Of a DNA stretch of 64,000 nucleotides, positions 12,390 to 24,122 are shown piece by piece. The notes under the pieces are model-generated. The model was given only the letters and a program-made list of their open reading frames with translations. It had not been told where the DNA came from and ran no database searches. Origin of the DNA: Phoronis australis (taxonomy: Eukaryota; Animalia; Phoronida); the NCBI GenBank assembly GCA_002633005.1, contig NMRA01000165.1, forward strand, positions 96,280-160,279. Direction: 5' to 3'. Within the stretch, counting starts at the first letter, position 1. Every line of letters begins with the position of its first letter. The translations under genes were made by a program, and so were the position numbers.

Positions 12390-14724
12390 CTTGGTAAAAG
12401 TCAAAACTTTCGGAGCGTTCACTAGGAGAAAATGTTGCCGGCCGTTTAGCACACATACGTGTGCAACTCGCCCTGTTTAGCCTGCTAAAAACAACGAGCC
12501 TTACTCTCTTAAAATTGATCTCGCAAGCCTCAACACTGGAATGAATGAGTCGCGATGACTTGGTATCGGTATATGGGTGCTAGAGTGCAACGATCTTACA
12601 TAGTGAGCGTTATCACGGCATTGTGGCATGAACCTCGCACTTGGGCTTACGCTTTGCATTCAATGACGCATTTTTATGCACATCTCAAGGAAAAGCTAAG
12701 AAGTTTTGAGCTGTAAACGCTGGTCCATGCACCCTTGGCAATATTTTCATTGGCTCATAGTAGTCTGAAGACATGTAGCTTTAATTTATTGTCGACTACA
12801 AGAAGAACTCAGTGAACTATCTGGATGATTGTACTTGTGATTGCAATGTGCCTGAGAAATTGCTTCTACTGATTTCTATTAGCATTATGTGCAGTCTTGT
12901 CGAATGGGTTATGGTTGAAGTTGTTATTATGTAATCACTGTTTTTGAAGGTGTTGCTATACCTTTATAGTAGTTAGGTTGTATAACCATGAGAATAGAAT
13001 TGTTATTATACTTGATTGCCTTTTAGGTCGTATCTCAAGTTTCATGCACTCGTTATACATCTGAATATACTGTGGAATTGTCGATTACTAGCTCCATGAT
13101 GAGGCTGATCCATTACTACAACATATGTCTATGTTAAATAAATATTTTCTCTCTTAGGTCTACTTGTCGCAGGTTAGTGACCTGTCGCTGCGCACTGAAT
13201 CAAATCACTTGCACCATGCTCGTCTTAATTAATAAGTTTACACTACTTTAGTAAACAGAACTTTTTTCATGGAGTAAATTAGATTTTAGGAACTAGATGG
13301 CCACCATTTCCAAAACAGTCCTTTGGTAGAGAACCACATGTAGTTGAGGTAGTTGGTCTCGGCGTTCTAGGTTAAGGTTATGTTGGACCCGAGAGAAGTG
13401 TTGAACTTGGTTACTTCATATATCAGATATAGTTGTTTGCATTCATAACAAACTTTCTTATAATACTACATGCTTTACACACGTTTCCGCCCAAAACGCT
13501 CATCCACTTTTGCAAAGGGGCTATCAATGTAAGATGAATTTTATGATTTTTTCTGAAAAACCAAAGGTTACACAATATAAAAAGAAATAATTTAGAACAT
13601 TGTGACAGCGCGTACGAGATTTCATCTAGAAAATTGAGTTAAAGTGAATTTTGGTCAGCATCTCATTTTTTTACAAGAATGCACTTTTGTCTTTTCTTTT
13701 TTTTTTGCTAATTTTGAATATGATCCAATCAATGACAGATTGGCATAAAGTAATATACAGGCTTTTTACTTCCAGAAAATATATCCTTATACTAAGTTGT
13801 GTTCGTAGCATATAGTTTTGTACATGTTCGGCTGAAAACACAGACTTGTATAAAAGGTCTTACAAAACTTTTCCTAGGAAGAATTTGAAGTTTTAAACTA
13901 GGTGCAGGGTTAGCTAGGGCCTCAACTAAAACTGGGAGGCCCTATCTATACTCCAATATCACGACCAGTGCTGGGTACGAAACTTTCTTTTCAATGCTGT
14001 AGTCCCGAGCAAAACGTCATAATTTGGTAGCCTCCTGATTACGGTAGAGTCGTAGCCCCGATACGGGAAGAACGAGACTTTACAGCAGTGGTCAAAAAGG
14101 GGGTCGATATGGACCGTCCTCACGCAGTCGATAAAAACCTTGCGGGGGTCGGTGACATTTCAGGGGGTCAATGTCAAACAGAAATGGAAAGCACAAGCAT
14201 TGAACCGGACCTGTAAGAGGAACATATTGATGTTTGCCGCTTGGAGTCAAGTCTTGTCGACTTCTGGACCAATTTGAATACCGCAATTTGAGTCCAGCCA
14301 TTTCTGCTGGTGTTTCCCTACGTGGTGATGTGGGAGTCACTCGATCAATATTTCATCGAAACTAACTAAACATGGAGGAGCGTGGTGACTCCAGACTGAA
14401 AACCGGCTAATCCTCAGGCAAATAACTATGCCATCTATAGTGGCCATTAGGGGCATCCTTCTCATTGACTTATGCTTGAATTAAAGTTGTATGTGAAGTA
14501 AAATTTATTGTTCATACCGTAACTGAAACCAGGGGGTCGACAGCAGACAAAAAAAGATCATTTAGGGTTCTACAGTCAGAAAGTTTACCTACACTACACT
14601 ATAAATCAAAAGGGATGCCCCAATGCTTACTACAAAAAAATCACCAGGCATAAATTATATATGGTTTTCCCTCAAATCCAAAAGTGAGGTATTTTTTTCA
14701 GCAAAAAATAATCTACTGTACATT

Positions 14725-15545
14725 TGTGGTATATCAATGCGTGTTGTGGCCAACAGATGGCGCGCTCGTGGTAATAAATAAAAGAACACACGAATACCTT
14801 AACAATACAATACGTCTATTAATTTGCAGCGTTGTGATTTACAAACAATAGATTACATCGAATTGTGAGACTGACGACTGTTCAAATGAAACGATATATC
14901 GTTACAGGTGAAAGTATTAATCTACAGTGCCACCAGTTACCCGTAGCTGGGAGTAATATATTGGTCATAGCCCGTAGCTACCGCACACGTTAATGAAATA
15001 TAAGTCGGAACATGAACTGACCCTCTAAAACAATCACTAGACTGGTTCAAATTGACTAACAGGCTGAGACCACCGCCTGTATTAAGTGTTTATACCTTGA
15101 CTCTTCTATTCGACTTCACTAAACTGTTTTTCCTCGCCTTTGCTGTTGGCTCCTCCTAGACATCAGGTCTGGGTCTCATTCACGGTTTTCGTCTCGGTCT
15201 AGGTCTGGTCTGGGTCTTGTTCTCGGTCTGGGTTTTGGTCTGTCTCGGTCTTGGTCTAATTCTCCTTGATAGCCAATGTCTTAAATACTGTTCTAGCCGG
15301 CATCATATGATGGGCCCATCTCGTGACGGTTAAAGTCCCTGGTCAGAGTTTGCACGTGACACTTGCATAACAATTAATTAACTTGAATGGAACTTACCCA
15401 ACAAAATCAAATCAGCTGACTATTGAAACAATTCTTGCATAACACCTGTGATAATCTCTGCTACAGTCAAAGACATGATTGCAATGCACTTTTAATTTTC
15501 GGAAACCGTAATTAAATGCAGGGGTCCTAGCCTCATTATATTACA
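14725..15545 (-). repeat. 3' LTR of copy 2 (821 bp, uninterrupted)
   Basis: Minus strand TGTAATATAATG...GATATACCACA; aligns with both 5' LTRs. Confidence 0.95.
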
Positions 15546-15557
15546 CTCCCCCCTTTT
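15546..15557 (-). promoter_or_regulatory. Polypurine tract
   Basis: AAAAGGGGGGAG on the minus strand immediately before the TG of the 3' LTR. Confidence 0.9.
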
Positions 15558-15577
15558 GTACGTCCGCCACCACTACA

Positions 15578-16437
15578 CAGTGGCAGATCTAGGATATCAC
15601 AAGGGGGGCCCAACATTTTGTCCGGCTGTAAGCATTTACGCAAACCACGATTGTTGATGCGCGTAGCACCCAATGGGGGGAGGTCGGGAGGGGGGCAAAC
15701 CTCCCGCCCAGGAAATTTTTCTGTTTTTTCCTCTAAAAATCAAGTATTTTCCTTTATTTCTGATGTATTATCCAAGAAAAAAGGCAAAAAAAAAAAACAC
15801 GGAGAACGTGTCACACACGAAAAACTGTGAGTTCCACAGACTCGAACTCACAACCTGGCTATACCACTACACCACCACGATTTCACTAATAACTTCAAAC
15901 TAAGAGACCTACTTGTTTATGATCCACAGCGTTTGCGCGCGAAACCTACTTCTTTTTGTAATGTTTATTACACGTTTTATATTTTGTGCAATCGGTTCTT
16001 AACAAATTTGTTGTATTTGAAATAGTCTTCAAATGCCCAAAAGACCAAATCCGTTTTTCGTGTTGGCAATAATGACTTGATTGCTTTGGAAATCGTCTTA
16101 AGTGACGGTTTGACAAAGAGAGAATTAATGAGTTTCTGAGTGATTCACTAAGGCTTCGATTAAAATTCACATCTTACCAGCAGCTTCTGTTTTTTCATCG
16201 TCACTCAGGTTCCATTTTCTTTAAAAAATGAAGTAAATTTTCTTCATTGCACAGTGGAGCAGACGAGGGAAACGGAGTCGTAGTGCGCAGCGCCACTGCC
16301 GGTCGCCTGGGATATAGCGGGAGAGCCTACACTTAGCCATAGTTCCGTTACGAATGCGCCGTGTTTTTTTTTTTGCGGCAGCCAAGGGGGGGAGGGGGGC
16401 CGGGCCCACTGCCCCTCCCCCCCTAAATCCACCTATG
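15578..16437. mobile_element. MITE with CA..TG ends and 5-bp TSD (hAT5-like) inserted in the retroelement
   Basis: Imperfect TIRs CAGTGGCAGATCTAGG / CATAGGTGGATTTAGG with G-rich subtermini; TSD CTACA at 15573-15577 and 16438-16442. Confidence 0.72.
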
Positions 16438-16753
16438 CTACAGGCATATGCCTGGTTCTCCCTTGTATTTCTATTTCAAGCGAGAAAATGTCAACCACGT
16501 CTGCCACACATTCCCTTCGGTCATAACGGACTTGGGCATATTGGGCGTCGCTCTACTTTGTTCAACCCCACGACTGTCTGTCGCACGACAGTCCCTTTAG
16601 AGTCTGGTTACCCCCGTATTGCACGCTCGCAAAATCTGCTAGCGACAACACAGTGGCGTCCGCCGTAGGGTCGACGCGGAAGACGATCCATTGCCCTTCC
16701 ACTGTTGCATCTAACCGGACAGCTGGTAACGTTTTGTACATCGGTTCGGGCAT
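16438..16753 (-). pseudogene. Candidate fourth (accessory) ORF of the retroelement, unknown product
   Basis: TTTTGCAG acceptor-like site just before ATG 16753. One frame continues past two stops and, with the MITE removed, ends at a TAA at 15541-15543 in the 3' LTR. Confidence 0.45.
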
Positions 16754-16895
16754 TTTTTTTCTGCAAAAGCTTCCTAAGTTCCTTTAGATATCGAAATAAT
16801 TGTCAATGTTAATAACCACCACCTTTCAGCCAACCACCCAGTATACTGTAGTCTCTAGTGCGAGGGTTGGTAGAATTACCAGTAATTGTCCGAAG

Positions 16896-18831
16896 TCACA
16901 CGGAGGTTTCTTCCAGGCCGTCTTCGGTTGCCAGATCCAAGTCAGGCTACATGCGTCGGATCAGTCGCTTCATCTCGATTGGCTTGCCATTCAGCTGAGC
17001 CGCTTTGGCGATGTGGTCGTCAGCACTGGGTTTCTCCCCAGCCAGTGACGTCTGTCGCCGGGGCATCGTTCGGCGCGAGCGCGTGTGCAAACGCCGGCGG
17101 TGCACCGGCAACTGGGCGCCTATCACTGGTTAACACAGGCTGATACTGTTTGAGCATGGCACGTGCAATTTTTTTACGTCTTAAGAAAACAATTAACCCC
17201 AAAGTCAAGACCAATGCTGCTATTCCTAGAGCGATATATACCCAAAATTCATTATCAGGGGTCCATGGTTTCGGGATTTCTAAGTCACGTAAATCAGTGA
17301 CTAGATAGTCTAATGGAATTAAGGGTAAATGAGCGAGGCGTGGCGGTATTTTTATCCTCACGTGTTTAGGAAAAGCGGCTATATAAGGAGACCACATTAT
17401 GAAGGATTCCTTCCGGATTCTCAAAACTCGAGCAAAACTATCTGGATGCTCGTATCTAGACTCTCTGTGAAAAGTTCCCAGGAGAGTCATAGTCGGGTGT
17501 GTGGCCTGGCACCCGTAATCAAAGTGTATCAAATTTACCCCAGTGTGCACTGTAATCGACTTGGTGCGGCTGTGGTTGCACAAAAGGGAAAATCTTGTAA
17601 TTTCAGGTATATGGTCGTTGGTAAAGCCGTGTTCGTTCTAATGAAAACGCGGCAGAACCTTTTGATAGCATCGTCAAACTTCATAAACAGAGCCACCACA
17701 CAATCTTTGCTCAACTTGACCGGGCGGAACGGTTGTCGGGTCTCACAAAAACTAAGTGACGAGCATGCCTCCATATTGGCGTAATCTATTAAAGCGTAGG
17801 ACATTCGTTCTGGGTTTATGGCTAACGCCTTCGCTTCCAATGAATACTTGGCTAAAATGTGAGAACGGTTGGAATAAGGGAAGGGAGCCGGCAGATTATG
17901 AATTTGAAATAATTCCATCCGTGCGTAAGTGTCAATCAACGATATTCGAAAAGTGACCAAAATTCGTCCATTTCCCCACGCAGTATGACAAGGGAGAGAT
18001 TTATAGTATTGGAACAACTCTGTGTCCGGATCAAAATGTAATTTTAAGTGGCGTGGAATATTAGTTCGTATATCCTTTAATATTCTGCGCTGGAGTGACT
18101 TGCCCCAGGGACACTATTCCTATTTGACTTTCGATGTGAGCTAAATAGCCCAAGGCTTTTTGTGCTGCCAATTCCAAGTGGTTTAAAGACAGATAAATCC
18201 TGTATTTCGTCGTTCAGCATATCAGTCACGTTATTAAGACGCTGCTCTATTTCATGTGTTGAAAGGATTAAGTCATTCAGGGTTTCACGGTTTCTGTTTA
18301 CTTCGCTTCTACTGGCTTTCATTACAGTTACCCATTTCAAGGCGTTAGTAACGATTCTTTTTTGATTCCTTACTATCATATCGATGGTTTCCCTAATACC
18401 GCTGACGTCTTCGTCAGTGGCTGTACCGAATAGCCAATGACTGATTTTTCCTATAGATGGTAAAACACTCCGTTTGCTTCTGTCATCGCGAGATTGGGCT
18501 AAAGTGTTATAGCCATCTAACAACTGGTCTATAGCTTCTTTCGTAAATCTGATATCGTCAATTTGTTTTCTCAGTCGGGTGTAATACCCCATGAAATTAG
18601 CAAGCGAAGTTTTTCCTCACTTGAGTGTGCGCATTGTAAGCACGGGCCTTCAATGTCCTGTGAGAACTGGAGCATGAAGTTAGAAAATTCGCTGAGGTCG
18701 ATGAAACTCGTCACCCACCAGTGTCCCCATGAACTATAAAATAAATTAATTTTCTCAAAAACTACCCCATTTTTGACAACAACGCATTGCACGATACCAG
18801 TCAATAATAGTACACCCGTCAAACGTTGCAT
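16896..18831 (-). pseudogene. env: env-like class I fusion glycoprotein (baculovirus F / errantivirus Env type), frameshifted
   Basis: Signal peptide MQRLTGVLLLTGIVQC; furin site RSKR followed by fusion-peptide-like SVLPSIGKISHWLFGTAT; heptad region; Cys-rich ectodomain; TM FWVYIALGIAALVLTLGLIVFL then RRKK; ORF pieces 18571-18831, 18077-18592, 17535-18017, 17020-17583. Confidence 0.88.
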
Positions 18832-19079
18832 TTTCTCTGAAACAGCAATAAATCACTGAGTTAACATTAACTCGCTACTTATACAAATTAAGCAACTCGC
18901 TACTTGTACTACTTAAATTGCCGTGAACTGACTGGGATACCCTTAGATCATATACGTTACATATGAGTACCCATGGCTAAATTTCGTTTGGGTTACCAAT
19001 CCCGTCCTTAATATTCAAATATAAGTGTGCTAAAATATCTCAGTGGTTCTACTGAAAATACTCCTAAAGTGTTAGGTTC

Positions 19080-22000
19080 CTATCGACCATCCTTAAATGT
19101 TTCTAACATCATGCGGCATAACTTTAGGTACTCCGATGAGAGAGTTTGGGTCGTTTTTCTGCACTTCCGGCCTCTCCTTCGGTCCAAGCGCGTGACGACG
19201 TTCACGTCAATGGCGTCGTCATCCTGGACTGGTTCCACCGCGACGTCTGCATCCATCTCCTCTGACGGCATAGAGTGTTCGTCGTTTGGTTCTGAGAGGT
19301 CCGTCATCGGATCCGATTCGGCCGAGGCTTCGGGTCCGTCGTCTTCTGATGATGAGATCACCTTATCATTCATCTGAGGTGCTGGCTTCGTCTGAGCCAA
19401 CGTCTTCACTAGCCCCCTCTGTTGGAGCCTTTTTCGGAGTTCCGCTAAGGGTACATCAGAGTCATCGGAAGATGAATCCCTCTTCATTTGGCGGAAATGG
19501 TCCTGTAGACCTTGGTTTTGAGCAGCTTCTGTTTCGTCGTCAGACATGTCTCTGTCTTCGCTTGAACTAGGTGGAACGGCGTAGCGTGCCCTCCTTATCT
19601 GAGGGTAGTCGTCGTCCTTCATCTTCCAGTCATCGACTTGTGACGTCTCAGGTTGTCTATGTGTGACTTGGTAACCGTCCCGTCCAACTGGTTCCTGATG
19701 ACGTACTTCTTGTCGGACTGTCGTTCCAATTTAAGATGCCCCAGTAACCGGTCCATCTGGGGTCTAGTTTGCTGGTTTTGGAATTATTTTTGAGTTAAAC
19801 AAGATCTCCAACTTCTAATTCAACTAAAACTCTGCCCTTATTCTCGACTGCTAGTCTTTTGTTCTGATGGTGCTTTATCACCCGATAAACTGTCCTAAAA
19901 ACTCTATGTTGGTTTTGTAGGATAATCTTATGTTCTTCCTCGCCCACGTATTTAGCATGTGGCCGCATTATATTATGCACAGGAAGTTTATGGTCTCTAC
20001 CGAACATAAGAAAATAACTGCTATACCTAGTATAATTGGTATGAAAATTCAAACATGACTCTACTTGACTGAGATAAACATCCCATTGTCCGGATTATGA
20101 CGGCATAATTTGCTCAAAACGTCACCAAGGACTTTGTGTGCTCGTTCAACTCGGCCATTTGATTTTGGATTGTAAAAGCTGGTTGTAACATGCCGAATGT
20201 TAAATGATTCCAATACGTCTTTCATTGTTTTGTTTATAAATTCGGAGCCAGTTGTCTGAGACCAAAATGTTCATTATACCAAATCTACAAAAGGTATCAG
20301 TGGTTAGGATTCGTGCGATTGTGGCGGCATTCTTATCCCGCATCGGATACAACAACGTGTAATTTGAAAACCAATCAGTCAGAGTCAAAATATATCGATT
20401 ACCACTGGGTAATGGTTTCATAGCGCCAACACAATCTATCGATACCTGTTGCCAAGGGCCGTTCACAACATTGGACGCCCCTAGCGGAGATTTAACTGCT
20501 CTCAGATTTCGGTCCTGGCATGTAACGCATTCTGAAACATACTTCTCAATGTCTTTAAACATTCTAGGCCAGAAATAACTATTTCTAGACGATTGATAGG
20601 TTCTATCTATCCCTGCATGTCCTAGGTGATCATGATATTGTTTGATGACTAGCGACTGTAAATGTTTGGGAACATACAGACGAATCTTAACGTCGCCATG
20701 TTCATCAACTTAGGCATTTGTCATTCAGAGGTAAGATCAGGTATAGGAGGACTCTCCATTTCGTGCGATTTAAGATCTACTCTGCTGTCATCTACTACGT
20801 TAATCTGTGCTACTGGAGCCTGAACCTCGAAAGTCCTATCGTCTATATCTAACGTTTCCTCGTCAACTGCATTATCATCGTTAGAAGGCGCTCTGCTCAG
20901 CAAGTCAGCCATCGTATTGTCCTTCCCAGGGATATGTTTGATTTCAACGTCATAAGCCGAAATGAGTACCGACCATTGCGCCACTTTCTTATTTTGAATA
21001 TCGCTTTTGAGCAAATAGATGAGGGGCATGTGATCCGTGAAAAGTGTGATTTTGGAATTGTAAATGTAATGTTCGAATTTCTTAAGAGCCATCAACACCG
21101 CGAAACATTCCTTTTCAATGGTTGCCCCGCATTTCTGTGTGTCAGTCAGTTTTTGCGACATAAAATAGGTGGGTTTTTCGACGTCTTCGTCTGTACACTT
21201 TTGTACCAAACAAGCTCCAATTCCAAAATCACTCGCGTCTGTGTATATAGTGTAACTCAATTTGGGATCGGGATAATTTAGCATTGGAACTGCGGAAAGA
21301 TGTTCTTTGATTAATTTGAAAGCGTGTTCGCATTCAGGGGTCCATTTAAATCTGGCATATTTCTTTGTGAGTTCAGTCAATGGGGTCATATTGCCCGCTA
21401 AATTAGGAATAGACCTTCGATAGTATGACAGGATTCCTTGCAGTGCCCTTACTTCTTTTACCTTGGCTGGTCGTTTCATTGCTCTTATAGCCGAAATTTT
21501 GGCTGGGTCCGGGCGGATCCCTTCTTTATCTACTATGAAGCCCAGATAGCTCGTTTGAGGCTTGAGAAACTGACATTTGGACAATTTTAACTTCAAATTG
21601 TGTTCTCTGAGGCGTTGGAAAACAATTTTCAAGTGCTCAAGGTGTTCGGTAACACTTTTGCTGTAAATAATACAGTCATCGATATAGGCTCTAGGAAAAG
21701 GGAGTCCCTCTAAAACAATTGACATGAGTTCCTGGAAGAAACTGGGACTGTTACAAAGTCCGAATGGCATCACCTGAAATTGGTAAAGATTGTGACCCGT
21801 TGAAAACCCTGGGCAAAAGGCTGTCTTTTCCTTGTCATTAGGGTGCATTTGAATCTGCCAAAAACCACTACATAAATCTAATGAGCTGTAAGTGCAAGAG
21901 CTTCTGAGATCGTTCAGTATGTCATCAATTTTCGGTAGGAAGAATGAATAACCTTTAGTTACACTGTTCAATTTTCTATAATCTACACGAAACCTTACGC

Positions 22001-23077
22001 TACCATCTTTCTTGGTTACTAATACTATAGGTGAGCAATAGTTGGATCTAGAAGGTTCTATAACTTTTGCCGAAAGCATTTTATCCACCGCTTCTTTGGC
22101 TATTTGCTGTTTCGCTATCGGAAGCTGATAAGGCCTTTGCTTGACAATCGTGCCGTCCGGCACGTCTATGCGCATTTGTACCGTTTTCGTTTTCCCTAGA
22201 TCGAGGTCTGTTGCCGCGAAAACATCGCTATCCTGTTTTAATAATTCCTTCACTAAGTTACCATACTCATCAGGTGTATCAATTTCAGATAGGTCTAACT
22301 TTTGTTTACTAATCGACTGGGCTGATGCTGGTTTATCTAATACATTCACAATGTTTGCGTTACGCAACTCTTCAACCTGGCCTACTGCAACTCCTCGTTT
22401 TATCTTGATATACCGGCCAGAATTGTTGATTATCTCTAATGGAAATTTACCAGCTTTGCCTGGCTTTATTATTGCATTGGAAATGTACAAGCCAGATTCA
22501 TAATTTAGGAATCCGGTCGTCAAAGGTGAAACTTGGAATACTTGCCGTTTGTGGCTACCTCTGGCTGTGCAAATTCTGGCGCGACATACCATTTTGGAAT
22601 TGACAACAATTTCGTTGATTACTCTAGCATAAGATTTGACCAATGAGTCTTGAATTAGGGGTGTGTAAAATTCTTTTATCCGCAACATTCTAAGATCAAA
22701 GTATACACGACAATTATTCTTATGGAGAAAGTCTTTCCCGATTAGCATTCTTCGGTTCACATCACGAATTACAACAAAATCATGTTTGAGAATATTGTTT
22801 CCAATTTTTCAATTCAACATGACGCAAGCGAGGACATTTAACCGTTAATTATTTGCTGTCTGCACTACAGGTTTTCGATTGACCATTTCTACTAGGCCTT
22901 TTCGTTTAAGTTCCTCAAACGTAACTTCCGATATAACCGAAATTGCAGCACCCGATTCTATTAATGCCCTGACTCGCGTCTGTCCCACTTGTACTTGAAT
23001 ACTATCCTCGCTTCCCAAAAAACATAAAGTTACTACGTCATCCTGACCCGCGGAAGCTCTCTAGTCAGTGCTTATTA
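19080..23077 (-). pseudogene. pol: pol pseudogene of copy 2 (PR-RT-RH-IN)
   Basis: Protease remnant RALIESGAAISVI near 22956 (catalytic D replaced by E); RT-RH ORF 20721-22760; integrase pieces 20200-20562, 19795-20052, 19080-19622; ~135-bp deletion near 20705 relative to copy 1. Confidence 0.94.
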
Positions 23078-23992
23078 GTTTCCCTGGGGTTTAGCGTCAT
23101 TTGGTGTGGTATCAGCAGGGCTTGGGTTGTCAGAGTAGTTAACCGGATTTTGGTTCGTTTGGGTGGCCAAAAATCATTTAAAACGGAAAATATCTCGTTT
23201 CATGTGACCAGGTTTTTTACAAAAGAAGCATCTGATTGAATTCTCTAGGGCGTTAACAGTTCTGGGCGCCCGACAGTCTCTCGTTCTATGACCCGTCCTG
23301 TTGCAAATTCTGCATCTTTGATTTGTCAATGTCCATAGGAGTGACTTCCCTGTTATCTCCCAGTTTTAAATTCATTCGCGCCCAAAGGTGTATTTCTTGG
23401 ACAGCGACTTTAAGGTTGTCCCTGAGAGTTATTGGAACTGAACGTAAGACGTGCTCTCTTATTCTTGCGTCCCGGAGACCATCCACAAAAAAACCAATTA
23501 ATTGTTCTTGTAGAACATCCAGTGCCGCTTGATCGTCAAATGCTTTGCGTGCCGCAGACAACAGTCGTTCGCCATACATTTGCACGCTTTCGTTTGGTCG
23601 TTGCCTAATTGATTTCAATCGACCGAACGCCAGACTTTTGTCTGTGATAGGGGCAAAACGTAACTTAAGTTCTGCTTTAAACTGCTCATATTTGCATTGT
23701 GGGTGGTCTGTCATATAACGTTTAATGAATGCCGAAACTTCACCCCCCGATCTTTGATATGCAATCAAAATCTGCTTTCTGGGGTCCATATTGGGGAAAT
23801 GACGGCCATCTTTTCTATCTCCGCTCACCCACGCTCGAAACCCATGAACATCTCCTGAGAAAACGAGGATATTTGACGCCAGTGACGTCTCACTCATGGA
23901 ATTCATGGCATTGGTAACATCTCTGGTGATATACCAGCAAGTCCCGTTAAAACTTCAGCTAAATCTACAGTTGGTTGTTGCTGATGTGCCAT
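23075..23992 (-). pseudogene. gag: gag pseudogene of copy 2
   Basis: ATG 23992 (MAHQQQPTVDLAE), ORF 23286-23906, zinc-knuckle remnants, ends GGA AAC TAA. Confidence 0.88.
23078..23084 (-). promoter_or_regulatory. -1 ribosomal frameshift slippery site G GGA AAC at the gag/pol junction
   Basis: GGGAAAC directly before the gag stop TAA, followed by a possible CTGAC...GTCAG stem. Confidence 0.65.
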
Positions 23993-24095
23993 ACTGCTTA
24001 GTGTTCAGACTATGCTAACTACTACACTACTTAGATATATCGTCTCGCTCGCAAGAAATTAAAAAGAGTCTCAAAACTTTAACACCGGGTTTAAA

Positions 24096-24111
24096 CCGGG
24101 CCACGGCACCA
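24096..24111 (-). promoter_or_regulatory. Primer binding site (tRNA-His) of copy 2
   Basis: Minus strand TGGTGCCGTGGCCCGG, 11 nt inside the LTR end. Confidence 0.8.
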
Positions 24112-24122
24112 AAAAGAACTCG

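Noticed and set aside
13160-14720. AT-rich, transposon-looking sequence into which copy 2 inserted
   Set aside because: Could not define TIRs, a TSD or a coding remnant with confidence.
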